Of a stretch of DNA of 64,000 bases, positions 36,857 through 54,300 are shown piece by piece. Position 1 is the first letter of the stretch. Every line of letters starts with the position of its first letter. The position numbers and the translations under genes were made by a program. The stretch is taken from NCBI RefSeq assembly GCF_009914755.1, contig NC_060936.1, one strand, 5' to 3'. The notes under the pieces were generated by a model. The model saw only the letters and a list, made by a program, of their open reading frames with translations, was not told where the DNA came from and did no database searches. Source of the stretch: the human T2T-CHM13v2.0 reference genome, Homo sapiens.

Positions 36857-37636
36857 CAACCACTTAACTCATACAGAAATATTCTGAGTCGATAGGTGCT
36901 GTTTTTCCTTAACTGTGATCTAATGCTAGTGAAGGTGACTTGGTGTTTTGGAAAAAAAGCTTGGTTAAAACACTGCATCAGGGTTTTAAAAAGTTAGCTG
37001 TAATTCAAAGAAGCATGGAAATTACTATGAGAGAACTATACAAATTAGTAGTGGCCTACAGAGCTATGTCATAAAAGAATCATTTACATTTTACAAGATA
37101 AATAAAAAATATCATATGGAATTTTCCTCCACATAAGATGCATAATTTCTTTTTCTTATGAGGTGAGTCTTAGAGAAAATTTATGCAAGAAAGAAGCTTT
37201 TCAGAGCCTGCCTTCAAAACAGATTTAATCATTATGAGCATCCATATTTACTTCTCTATAAATGGATGAAAATTATTCATGTCAGCCATCTTTCCTTAAG
37301 ACACTTTAAATTGAGAAATCAGATCCATTGATTATAAGGATCTCCTACTTAAGTTATTTAGATTACTATTATTTAAGTATAATTATGGCTAACATTGACT
37401 GTGCTTCCTGTGTGCCAGGTTCTATTCTAAGCATTTGGATGTCCTATTTAAACATTATAATATTTCTACAAAAGGATACTATAATGATCTCATTTTAGAG
37501 ATAATATAGTTGAGGCATGGAGAAGTAACTTGCCCAAAATCAAGTAGTAAGTAATCAGTTAAAAAGTAAATTGATAGAATTAAGATGTACATCTGATAAT
37601 TTGATACCAAACCACTATATTATACTACCTCTAATA

Positions 37637-37674
37637 ACACACACACACACACACACACACAGACACACACACAC
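37637..37674. repeat. (CA)n microsatellite next to a MIR-like remnant
   Basis: AC run with one interruption. Confidence 0.9.
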
Positions 37675-39565
37675 TCAGTTGTAGGTTGCTCACTAGAATT
37701 AGATGATTAGATCAGGGCTGGGCATGAGATGCCTGGCCCCACAGTAAAGCTCTGTGTTGAGGAACACTCATAGAAGACTGTCTCCAGGAGAACAAGAGAC
37801 ACTGCTTGTGGCAGTGGACTCTGGGCCCTAGCATCTAGTGAACAAAGACAGCAAGTAAAATCATGCTTAGAGGAACTGTGTTAGAAAGATGCTTAAGATA
37901 GAATGGAGAAGAATGGAGGAAATGATTTCTTCTATGGAGGGTGGGAGCAGAGGAGGGGATGGGCAGCAGGCAAGAAACTGGTGGGCAACAGGAAACGAAC
38001 TGAGTCTGGCTGGATAAGTAGGTTCTAACTGCTCTACATGAAGAGAAAGGCCAGGGAATTGTGTGAGCCAGTGGCAGAGATATAAAGCAGCAAAATGGAT
38101 TCAAGGAACTTCTGAACATGTAAGGGAGCAATAGGTAACAGTTATAAACACCTCACTAAGATTTGTTCTGTGCTTGCCCTTTCCCATCCTTTATGCAGCC
38201 ACTTTATCAATCCCAAAGTCTGTTTCCTTTTGTCTGAGAGCTATCTTTTATAAGAGGAGAAAAGAAGAAAAATAATTTCTTTTTACAAAGTAAATAATTG
38301 ATGTGAATTAAGCTATATTCAGAGTGGAATATAGCTCAGGATGAAAAGGAATGAATTCAAAATTCACAGATGAAAATACCATGTTCAGGTATATAAATTC
38401 ACCATTATTATTTTTTAGTATTTTCCCAACCATAACAAGAAGAATGATCTACCCTTTCTCATAAGCATACAGTGAAGAGAACAATGAAATTGCAAGGGGC
38501 AATAAGAATAGGGGAGGAAAAGCACTAAAATTCTAAAAATATATATTATCACATTGAAGTCTCACAAGAGCTGTGTGAAGTATTATTTTTTTTTTTTTTT
38601 TGTAGTAGAGGAGAAAACTGAAGCTCAGCGAAGCTAGTAATTTGCCTATAGCCATCCAGTTGGTAAGTGGTGAAGCTGGGATTAGAACTCAGGTATGGTG
38701 ACCCCTAGCACTATGCTGTTATCAGCTGTATTGTACAACATCCCTGCTTAATGACCGAACTTATTTTAATACTTAAATTGAAAACAGTGTTCTTATCCCA
38801 AGACACAGACTTCAAGATGGATAACAACAATTACATTTTATAACTTAACACAGTTGTAGTTTTGTTAAATTAAAGCATTTGATACACACACACAAAGGCA
38901 GCAATATGTATCCTAAGGAAAAAAATTAGGTACCTAAAACAAGGCAGATATACTTTTCTGTGCATATGTGAATTATGCTATTGTAGTAAAACATAAAATA
39001 TGAAAAGCAGAAAGGCTATATGTACCTATAGATTCTGCTATTGGTTCATCATTAAAATTTTATTCAAAACGAAGAACAAAGTTTTCTTGGAGCTAGCCCT
39101 TGGTACCAATGTATTGTATTGTCATCTATTCTGGCACTGCAAAGGTCAGATTCATCCAAGATGTCAGTAATAGATTTATTTACAAACCTCTGACTCTCCT
39201 GCTTTAGCTCTCTGTTTATCCCAAGACACTAATCAGGCTGCACTTATATTATCCATCATCCTGAGCAGCACACAGATGTGACAGCCCTCTGTTATGGCTT
39301 AGACTATCTACTTTGAGCATTCAAATACATTTTCTGCAATGGTTGGCCATTCTTTTAGATTTCCTTGAATGAGGCCACTTTGGAACAACTTGTTCACACA
39401 ATAGCCTGGGACACTAAGTATATCCTGGGATTGTAACTGTGGGTTGATTAGATCATTTAATCTTGCTCTCATTTCTCTACATTATTTTCTCACATAATTA
39501 CAAGATGATTTAAAAGGACATCTCCCAAATATAGGCCTTAATGTCTCCCTCACTGACTCTTCATT

Positions 39566-39760
39566 CTTTTTTTTTTTGCATATATATATATCTTTATTAT
39601 GCCTTAAGTTCTAGGGTACATGTGCACAACGTGCAGGTTTGTTACATATGTATACATGTGCCATGTTGGTGTGCTGCACCCATTAACTCGTCATTTACAT
39701 TAGGTATATCTCCAATGCTATCCCTCCCTGCTCCCCCTGCCCCACAACAGGCCCCGGTGT
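39566..39760 (-). mobile_element. Short L1PA 3' end
   Basis: L1PA 3'UTR with T tail; TSD tgactcttcattctt / tgacttttcattctt. Confidence 0.92.
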
Positions 39761-39792
39761 TGACTTTTCATTCTTTAAAACTAAAAGTTTAA

Positions 39793-40168
<376 letters not shown>

Positions 40169-41395
40169 TCATTCTTGCTGCTGGATGCCTATAATAGAGA
40201 ATGGGGTGGTTTATTAGTCTATAGTTCGTGGTTGCAAAGCATTTCAGAAGAAATTTTTTTTTCTTGTTAGACACCTGCACCTCTATAACATGAAGAGTTA
40301 ATCTTACTAAAAATGTCCATTGACTATAACACAACCACTAATACACCCAGACAATGAAGCAGTTGTTTACGGTTTTAAGTTCGACTCATTCATCAGAAAC
40401 CATATGTGATAGGGCAACACGGGTGCCTATGTTCAGTGAAGTCAAGTCATTTGAAGTCACATTACGGTAGGATATACTATATCGCATACATTCCAAAAAC
40501 AGTGGAATCATCTGCCGACATTTCGTTGGTATGTTGCTTGATTTCAAATAATTAAACTATATATTGAGTACCTATGATGCATCAGGAAGTATATTAAGTA
40601 CTTGGGATATATTGTTGAACAAAATAGACTAACATTTTTGCTTTAGCTTAAATTGTAAGTGAAATGTACCTTTAATAGTAAATATAAGAAATAAGTAAAT
40701 TATATAGTATGATGGAAATTGATGACTGCTATGAGAAACAGAAAAAGTAGATCTAAGTAAGGGGAATTAGGCAGGTGGGGGTGGGGTGGGAGAAGAATAT
40801 GAGTGCAAGGATTTTGCAGAATTAAGTAGGGTCTTTAAGTGGAGAAAGCGAGCATTGAGAAAGACTTGGAAGTTGAAATTAGCTGAGCAGAAACCTGGTT
40901 AAAGAACTTCCTAGGCCGAGGGAATAGCTACAGCAAAGACTCTCATGATTCCATAGATATCTTAACCAATCTGAAAAAAAAACCCCACAGTATCAGAAAT
41001 AATTTTCAGCATATCTGTAAATATATAAAATATATAAAGAGAAATCCAGTTGGCAAATTGCCAAATTAGTTTAAATGAATATTTTTACACCAGAGATTTT
41101 CATTGATTCATGTTTCACTGATTTCAAATACAACTGTGAGATAGCAAAGCCGTTAACAAGATTCAGAAATTGGGACTACCCAAAGCCAACTGATGTACCA
41201 ACTAAGAATTCTGCTCTTTATTCCATGTTTTTGGTGTAAAATAAACACCTTATTGATTTAGAAATGTGGGTGCCTATTTTGATATTTTATTCATTTTGAG
41301 AAACAAAGAAAAACTTTGTGAGCTGCCCTTATACTAAAACCACTAGCAAAAAGTCAAGCTAACATAATATGAATGAGAAATATAAGCAGGAAATG

Positions 41396-41784
<389 letters not shown>

Positions 41785-41990
41785 TCAGAATATTTGGGTT
41801 AGTTATTGTCCAAATGCTGGAGGAAAACAGTTTGACAAATTCCTTGTTTCTTAGGATGGCTTAAGCAAATCATTTTGATACTTTATTATTTTTGGATGAA
41901 ATAGAAGGTAGCTTCATTTTATTTTTAAGTAAAATTCCTTTTTTATTCAATTTAATGTGATAGGTGCCCATCAAAATACTACCTTACTGT

Positions 41991-42319
<329 letters not shown>

Positions 42320-43549
42320 CTACCTTACTGTTAATAGAAATAGAAAATATAAACCATTTCTCTTACAAAGGTGTCATTTGGAACCTCTAATCTTGGAAGT
42401 ACTTTACTTTAGGAAAGATATCTACCCTCAAATTTGTCTTCCAAACTTAAACTAAAATCATATTTTATATTAGGTTTGTATCATAGAGATTAGAAAATGA
42501 ATTCCTTTCAAAACCAAATTCAGCTCCAAAACTGGAAATAAAATGAAATTTTATTTGAATCAGTCATAAACATAATATATAGAAGCCCAATTTTACCTCA
42601 CTATTTCTAGAAAGTAGGCAAAAACCAGGATGGTATTTCTGCAGTTTTCCTTCATCTAAATTAATTCTCTTCAGACTGAAATTGAACATTCTAAAGTACA
42701 AAATTTTGTAATATTGTGTCTATTGCACAATAGACAATAGAGAAAAAACAAAATAGAATGTGATCTATGGATTCTACCAACTGGTGACAAATACAGCTAA
42801 TGCTTTGGCATAGCTGGTTTTCCTCTACCCTCATCTTGGGGATATGTGTGTCTTTGCATGCATGTACCTATAATTATTGTTAGTTTTAACATTATTTTTA
42901 CATCATTGGGATCATGCTATGAATTTGGAAACTATTTCTTTACCTAATAATACTGTGAGACATAATTCCATGTCATTTAAGTTTGTTCACAATCATATTT
43001 TTAATTGTTGCAGAGCATCGTGCCATAGCATTCTATCATTGGCTTATTTTTTCAAGCCCTTCCTCAATTAAGGTGAATTGCTTCAGGAGAGCAAGGAAAG
43101 ACATTCAGATAATGCTCACTTACTGTACAAAATAATGAAAATTATTATATATTTATAATATATTTCCAACATGGCAGTTCTAATCTGGCTCTGGTGAAAC
43201 TATCACCCCATTAAAAGAAATTATCTAAAGTGTCAAAGCCAGGCATCAAGAAGGGGACATCAGGGATTCTGAGTCATACCTCAATCCCCGGCAAATTAAG
43301 GATAATCTAAATGTGTGCCTTCCAATCAGGAACCTGCCTATTTTAAGAATGATGGCTAAAAGCAGAGTTTGAATAAGGAGTCTTCATTTATCTTTTTCAT
43401 GATCCCTGGATAACTCAATTGACTAACACTGATATAATTACAAAAATACCATTGTGTAAAAAGTACTATAACATGAATTGTATAAAAAAGAGTTATAAGT
43501 AATTGTGCTATTTCTTTTATTTTTAAAATTTGTTTATCTTTGCTTCTCA

Positions 43550-43914
43550 TCTTTTTAACTTATTTTTTATTTCTATAGGTTTTTTGGGAACAAGTGGTAT
43601 TTGGTACATAAGTAATTTCTTTAGTGGTGATTTTTGAGATTTTGGTGCATCCATCACCCAAGCAGTATACACTGAACCCTATTTGCAGTCTTTTATCCTT
43701 CACCTCCTTCCTACCGTTTCCCCATGAGTCCCCAAAGTCCACTGTGTCATTCTGATGTCTTTGCATCCCCATACTTTAGCTTCTACATATGAATGAGAAA
43801 TACTATGTTTGGTTTTCCATTCCTGAATTACTTCACTTAGAATAGTAGGCTCCAATACCATTCAGGTTGCTGCAAATGCAATTAATTCATTTCTTTTTAT
43901 GGCTGAGTAGTATT

Positions 43915-43978
<64 letters not shown>

Positions 43979-44672
43979 TATATATATATATTTTTCCCCT
44001 TTTTTAGGTTTTCTTTTTTGTTTTTAAATTAAAATCTCACTACTGGGTATCTACCAGTAGTGGGAAATATATATATATTATCATATATATGACACATATA
44101 TAAATATATGATATATATATATGATGGAATTTCCTTTTTATATCTTTTGCCTATTTTCACTGTTTTCGCTTTTCTAGTTAGTTTTTGGAAGTTATATATT
44201 CTAGAATTTAGATACTAAACTTTTAATTTCCATTTATGTTGCTAAAATATTCTGTCATTGTATTTTTTGTTTTATTATGTGTTTTGATTAATAGTTCTTA
44301 ATTTTTTAAATTTATCTATTGACCTTTTGGCTATATATGATCTCTTTGTATCATTTCTTTAGTGGTTGTCCTAGGGAGTGAAATATGCATACCTCTTTCA
44401 CAGTCTACTTAGAAATATTATTTTTTTACTTTAAGTAAAATGTAGATGACTTACAATTACATCTATATATACATAATTGATTTATACATATAATTGATTG
44501 AGATATATATATATCACAGTTTCTTTATTCACTTGTTGATTGATGGCCATTTCAGTTGATTCCACATTTTTGCAATGGTGAATTGTGCTGCTATAAACAT
44601 GCATATGCAAATACCTTTTTTATATAATGACTTTTCCTCTGGGTAGATACCCAGCAGTGGGATTACTGGATC
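43550..44672 (-). mobile_element. L1PB/L1MA-type 3' end, interrupted by (TA)n and a templated insertion (43991-~44500)
   Basis: L1 3'UTR 43550-43920 continues collinearly at ~44510 (atatcacagtttctttattcac...gggattactggatc). Confidence 0.85.
43920..43990. repeat. (TA)n microsatellite
   Basis: ~25 pure TA units, then CA/TA. Confidence 0.95.
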
Positions 44673-44759
44673 TTTTTTTTTTTAATTTAAAAACAAACAA
44701 GAAAACCTAATGATACAGCTACTCTCTCACCCCTATTCTCTTAGCCTCTGAATGTAACA

Positions 44760-47554
<2,795 letters not shown>

Positions 47555-48292
47555 TTTTTCTTAATGCAGTTGAGCTATACTACCATGTGCTAACTCTGGC
47601 ATGCCCTCTAGCTAAATGCCACAAAAATGAGTAACTCATTCTATGCCATTCCATTCAAAATGCCACCTCTCCTCTATAATACAGTCTACCTACTTTTCTT
47701 TCCAGTACCAAGTTCATTTTTTGGTATCTTTTGTTTAGTGTTTTTGGTTTGTATCTGTGAAAGCATTGGCTTCTATTGTGCAAACCTGAATCTTAACTCA
47801 GAATTTTTTGTTTCTATTTATGTCAATCCTTTGATGCTTCCGAATATATGTAGAGGTCTTTCATTTTCCCCCATTTTACTTAAGGTTTATGATCTGTGTC
47901 TGTTGAAAATTAAAACCCAGGACCCTAGCTATTACACAATATGGTAACCTCCCTAATTTTCCCCTACTCTGTACCACCACTACCATCTATTCCACTATTC
48001 TACACCTCTTCTCCCTGCCTCTGTGCCAATTTGTGTTTATTTTCCTGACTTTCATTTCTCTGATGACTTTTTGTCACGTAGGGATATTGCATTATTTATT
48101 TTGAATTTGACTATACTTTAAACGTAACTGTCATAATTTATGTATCACTTCTAGGTATTTTTGTCTGGAAAACTTAAGGAGAAGTTTGTTTAGCCCACCA
48201 TTTCATCAGAATAAGAGTACTATCCTTGCCTTCTTTATTATGTGGTTCTTCATTCTGGAACACTCTGAAGCAGTAGCATTGTATGTACTTGG

Positions 48293-48832
48293 CGTAACAG
48301 CCATTGACACTTGGTAGAAAAGATACAAATGAAACAGCATTCCAAAGAGTTAAAGAAGCCAGTAACTATCAACAGTTCTTGAGCCTGCAGCATAGCAGAT
48401 TATAAAAACCCAACTTGCTAAAATGCTAAAACTCTCTGCCTGTAAGATAACTAAACTAGCTGAAATTGGTTGGAACCGATATGACCGATTGGAGTTTACA
48501 CAGAATGAGCTTGCTGATGTTACAGCCTAAACTTCCAGTTTGTTTTATACCAACTTCCTCCAAATTTCCACAAAGGTCCTATGAAGAAGGATGAAGAGGT
48601 AACTGCACATTTCTTATGACTTTCCAGACCTCACCTTTCCTTCTGCCAAATCACCTACTAATCCCAGAATTCACCCTGTAAACCTTTTCTAATAAAATTA
48701 CAGCCATAAAGCCAACACAAAGAGACAGGTTTGAGCTGGACTCTTGTCTCTTTGTCAGTCAACTAGCAATACAAAGCTTTTCTTTTCTTAAAATCCTGGT
48801 GACATATTGGCTTCTAATACATCAGGCAGTGA
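48293..48832 (+). mobile_element. ERV LTR, copy 1 (subfamily not determined)
   Basis: Aligns along its length with 49674-50260; aataaa signal at ~48691; LTR-like size. Confidence 0.7.
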
Positions 48833-49673
48833 GCAATAACAATAACAATGATAATGCTGTTGGTGATTATAACTTTTGCTTAAAAAACCCTCTATAATCT
48901 AAAAATGAGGTATTTTTCTTGTATCCACATGTTGTTCTACAAAAATGTAATATATAAAATGCAACTTAGTGAGATCACCCTGGTAATCTCATATTGTCAA
49001 CAGGGCATTGTTACATAACCACTAGCAAGAAGTTAGGTACAGTTTTCTCAGTATCAGGAAGCTGAATCAGGACCATGATTTTTTTCGTGAATTGTCCTCA
49101 AGAGCTCTGTAAATACATCAAACAGATCTGTGAAAGCGAATCTAGTTATTTAATAGGTTCTACTTCTAGTTCTACTTATTTAATAGGCCAAAAATGGCTT
49201 CTCAAAATTAGTTGCAACTGCAATCATAGTTACGTTTGCTTGGCTGGAAGAAGTCAAAGTCCTTTTCAAACTCTAGACTGGATAACTGTGAAGGTTAATT
49301 TGGGGGATAGAGAAGGTCAACAATAAATTGTATTTCCTCAATAATTTTGCTTGCTGATGTCACAGCCAAATAAAGCACATCTCTGCTTTATTTTTTTTTT
49401 TTAGTATAGATTGAATTTCATGCTTAGAAAACGTACCAGAAGCGTTGTTTTCTTTTGGTCGATAAAGAACATGATTAATTGATACCCTTCACTCAATGTG
49501 TATCCTGGCCAGTTTATTTTTCTCTGTTCTACCACCAGAAGCACACCATTTTTTTTTTGATCAGCTATTTCATAAATATGTGTGCTACTTATCACTAAGA
49601 CTTGCCCCAATAAGCAAGAAGACATGGATTAACAACAATGTCACCCTACTCTCATAAGGATTTTTCAAAGCAG

Positions 49674-50260
49674 TGTAATCCTCTTACATCAAAAGTATTA
49701 TCAGCTCTGCCTTCAAGCTTATTATACATGGTCATGAAACCGTGCTCCAAAGAGTTAAAGACACTGATGACTAACCAATCCTCGAGTTTGCAGGATGGCA
49801 GATAAAAAAAGAAACAACTTGCTGACACACAGACACTCCCTCCACTTGTAAGAGAATAAAACTGGCTGAAATCATTTGGAACCAATATGGCCAACTGGAG
49901 TTTATGCAGAATGAGCTTGCTGACATCACAGCCTGAATTCACACCGCATATTTTATACTAACTCCACTTGAATTTACACATACAATCCATGAGGTAGCAA
50001 AAAGAGATGACTGTGCATTCCCAGAGATGTTCCAGACCTCTCCTTTCCTTCCACCAGTCACCTACTAATCTCAGAATCCACCCACTAAATGTTTTCTAAT
50101 GAAATTACTCCCATCAAGCCAGCACAGGGAGACAGATCTGAGCTGTACTCCTGTCTCCTTGCTAGCTGACTTGCAATAAGAAGCTTTTCTTTTCTCTAAA
50201 ACCTGGTTTCATAGTATGGCTTCCAGGATATTTGGCAGGGAATCCCTTTTGCTTGGTAAC
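49674..50260 (+). mobile_element. ERV LTR, copy 2 (same family, same orientation)
   Basis: Starts tgtaa, ends gcttggtaac; shares ccaaagagttaaag, gctgaaat..ggaacc, ttccagacctc and aagcttttcttttct blocks with copy 1. Confidence 0.7.
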
Positions 50261-50947
50261 CATCATTGGGAGCCACTGGTAATTTGATGTATGCAAGAAA
50301 GGAATATGCAGGTCACTTAGGAGTGCTTCACAGGCAGACATTTGCTCCTCTTGTCAGACATTGCTTGAAGAAGATTTTTGCTGAAAGCTTTCTATTGAGT
50401 TTTGGTTAAATAACTTGGCAATGAGTAAACAAAAAATTTTCATTTTGATATTTGTATTAACGATTTTTGGCTCAACATTTGAAATCCTTGAAATTGGAGA
50501 TCTTCGATGCTTTGTTGGTTTCATCCTATGATACTCTGGGATTTTTCTGGTATAAAGTTTTACCAAGTTTTAGAAAACCACAATCCAATAAAATTTAACT
50601 GGAAGTAGAAAACACAATGATACTGATAAGATACCAATGATGTGTGGATATTTCTCTTTTTTCTCTCATTCTACACCAGAATTATTGTCAAAAGAGGAGT
50701 ATAAAGGTATTCTCTTCCTGAAACTCAGGTAAATAGGACAAAGTTCAGAAAATTCTCTAGAGACAGGTCGCAGTATTTCCTGATAACTGATTTTTTTATA
50801 CCATTTCATTTCAACTACCTTAATATTATGCACAAAATTCATAGATACATTTCATTTATACAACTTGACTGTGAATGAAAGGAAAGAACTATTGTGATAG
50901 CTGGAGGATAACATAATTTGTTTTTTCTTCTGGAGAAAGGGGAGGAA

Positions 50948-51374
50948 TAAAACACCAAAAGCAATGGCAACAAAAGCCAAAATTGTCAGTTGGGATCTAA
51001 TTAAACTAAAGAGCTTCTGCACAGCAAAAGAAACTATCATCAGACTGAACAGGCAACCTGCAGGACGGGAGAAAATTTTTGCAATCTATCCATCTGACAA
51101 AGGGCTAATATCCAGAATCTACAAAGAACTTAAACACATTTATGAGAAAAAAACAAACAACCCCATCGAAAAGTGGGCAAAGGATATGAACAGACACTTC
51201 TCAAAAGAAGACATTCATGCAGCCAACAAACATATGAAGAAAAAAGCTCATTATCACTGGTCATTAGAGAAACGCAAATAAAAACCATAATGAGATACCA
51301 TCTCACGCTAAATAGAATGGCGATCATTAAAAAGTCAGGAAACAACAGATGCTGGAGAGGATGTGGAGAAATAG
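50948..51374 (+). mobile_element. L1PA ORF2 fragment abutting the satellite
   Basis: ORF 50964-51281 is ORF2-like; ends abruptly at gtggagaaatag. Confidence 0.93.
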
Positions 51375-54300
51375 TAGGGGAGAGGGTGACATTACTCCCA
51401 GTATCACAGGGGCTGCCCACCCTTCTGTAATATTTTTCATAATATTCAAAGGTGGAGAGGATGATATTACTTCTAATATCACAGGTGGTGTACACCCCCC
51501 TGTGATATTTTTCTAATATTCAGGGGTCGGAGGATGATATTACTCCCAAAATCGCAGGGGGTGTACAACCCCTGTGATATTGTTTCTAATATCCAGGTAT
51601 GGAGAGAATGATATTTCTCAAAATATCACGGGGTTGTAGACCCCTCTTGTAATATTGTTCCCAATATCCAGGTTGAGAGGAGATGATACTACTCACAATA
51701 TCGCACTGGGTAGAGGCCCCTTCTGTGATATTGTTCCTAATATCCAGGGGAGGAGAATAGGATATTATTCCCAATATATATGAGGGACTGTACACCCCCC
51801 CTTTGATATCACACTTCCTGCAAAATTGGGAATAATATCCTCTCCCTTCATTGATATTAGGAACAATACCACAGAGGAGGTGTTCACCACCTGTGATATG
51901 AGGTGTAGTATCATAATCTCTTTCATGGATATTAAAAACAATATCACAGAAGGGGTGTAGACCCCCTGTGATACTGGGAGTAATATCATCCTCCTCTTAC
52001 CTGGATATTGGGAACAATAACACAGGGAAGGTATACACTCCCTGCAATATTGGGAGTAATATTCTTCCTGCCCCCTGGATATTAGGGACAATAAATATCA
52101 CATGGGAGGTGAACACCCCTGCGATAATGGGAGTTATACTCTCCTCCCTTAAATATTAGGAACAATATCACATAGGGAGTATACATTTCCTGCGATATTG
52201 AGAGTAATATTATCCTTTTTCGCATGGATGTTAGGTACAATATCACATGGGTGGTGTACAGCACCTGCGATATTGGGAGTAATATCACCCTCTTTCCTCC
52301 TGGATATTAGAAAAAGTATCACATGGGAGGTGTACACCCACTGTGATATTGAAAGTAATATGATTCTCTCCCCATGTGGATATTAGAAATAATATATCAG
52401 GGCGTTGTACACTTCCTGTGATATTGGAAATAATATCATACTCCCCCCCACTTGATATTAGGAACAATATCCCAGAGGGGGTTACACTTCCTGCAATATT
52501 GGGAATAATAGCATCCTCTCCCTTCTTGGATATTACGAACGATATCATAAAAGGGGTGAGCACTCCGTGCAATATTGGGTATAATATCATCCTCTCCCCT
52601 CATGGATATTACTAACCAGATCACAGGGGGTTGTACACACACCCTGATATGGGGAGTAATGTCACCCCCACCCCTCCTGCATATTAAGAACTAGATAACA
52701 GGGGAGTGTTCACTTTTCACGATATGGGGAGTAATATCACCCTCTCCCCTCCTAGATATTAGTAACAATACCACAGCGGGGGTGTACATCTCCTGCAATA
52801 TTGGGAGTAATATCGACCTCTTCCCCACTGAATAATAGAAGCAATATAACAAGGGGGATGAACACCCCCTGTGATATTGCAAGTAAGATCATCCTTTCCC
52901 TTCTTGAATGTTAGGAACAATATAACAGAGGGGTGTACACCCCCTGCGATATTGGAAATAAAACATCCTCTCCCCCCTGGATATTACGAACAATATACAT
53001 GGGGTTGTACACCCCCTGAGATATTTGGAGTAATATCCACTCTTCACCTGGTTATTGAAAATAATATTACGGCGTGGGGCGGTGTACACCCCCTGGGATA
53101 TTGGGAGTAATATAATTCTCTCTCCTTTTGGATATTAGAAACAATGTTACAGGGGAGGTCTACCCCTTCGGCGATATTTAGAGTAATATCAACCTCTACC
53201 CCCTGGATATTAGGAAAAATATCACAGAGGGTGTGTATATTCCCTGTGATTTTGGGAGTAATATCATCCTCTCCCGCCCTGGATATTAGGAACAATATCA
53301 CAGGGGGGATTGTGTACACCATTTGTGACATTGGGAGTAATATTATCTTTCCCCCCACTGGATATTATGAGCAATGTCATAGAGGGGGTATACACCCCCT
53401 GCAATATTGAGAGTAATATCATCCTCTCCCTTATGGATATTAGAAACAATATCACAGGGGAGATGTACAGCCCCTGGAATATTGGGAGTAATGGCATTCT
53501 CTACCCCACTGGATATGAGAAACAATACCACAGGGTGGGTATACACTCCCTGTGATATTGGCAGTAATATCACCCTCTCCCTGCCTGGATATAAGAAACA
53601 ATATCACAGGCAGGGTTTACATCACCTGCAATATTGAGAATAATATCATCCTCTTTCTCCCTGTATATTAGAAACCATATCACAGCGGGTGTGTACACCC
53701 CCTGAGACATTTGTAGTAATATCATCTTCTACCTACAAGGATATTAGAAACAATATCCCAGCGGGGGTGTACACCCCCTGAGAAATTTGTGAGTAAAATC
53801 CTTTACTTCACCTGGTTATTAGGAACAAGATCACAGGGGTTTGTACATCCCTGAGATATTGGGAGTAATATCACTCTGTCCATCCCCCCCCGGATATTAG
53901 GAACAATATCACAGGGAAGGTGTACACCCCTTGAAATATTGGGATCAATATTATCCTCTCCCCAGTTGGATATTAGGGACAATATCACGGAGAGGGTATA
54001 CACCCCTGCGATATTGAGAGTAAAATCATCCTTTCCACCCCTGGATATCAAAAAACAATATGACAGGGTGGGTGTACACTCCTTTCGATATTGGGAGTAA
54101 TATAATCCTCTCCCCTTCTGGATATTAGAAACAACATTATGCAGGGCGCGTGCACGCCTAAGATATTTGGAGTAATATCATCCTCCATCAGCCAGAATAT
54201 TAGAAACAATATTACAGGAGCGATGTATACCCCCTGCGATACTGGGAGTAAGTTCATCCTCTCCCCCCTTGGATATTAGGAACAGTATCACAGGTGGGCT

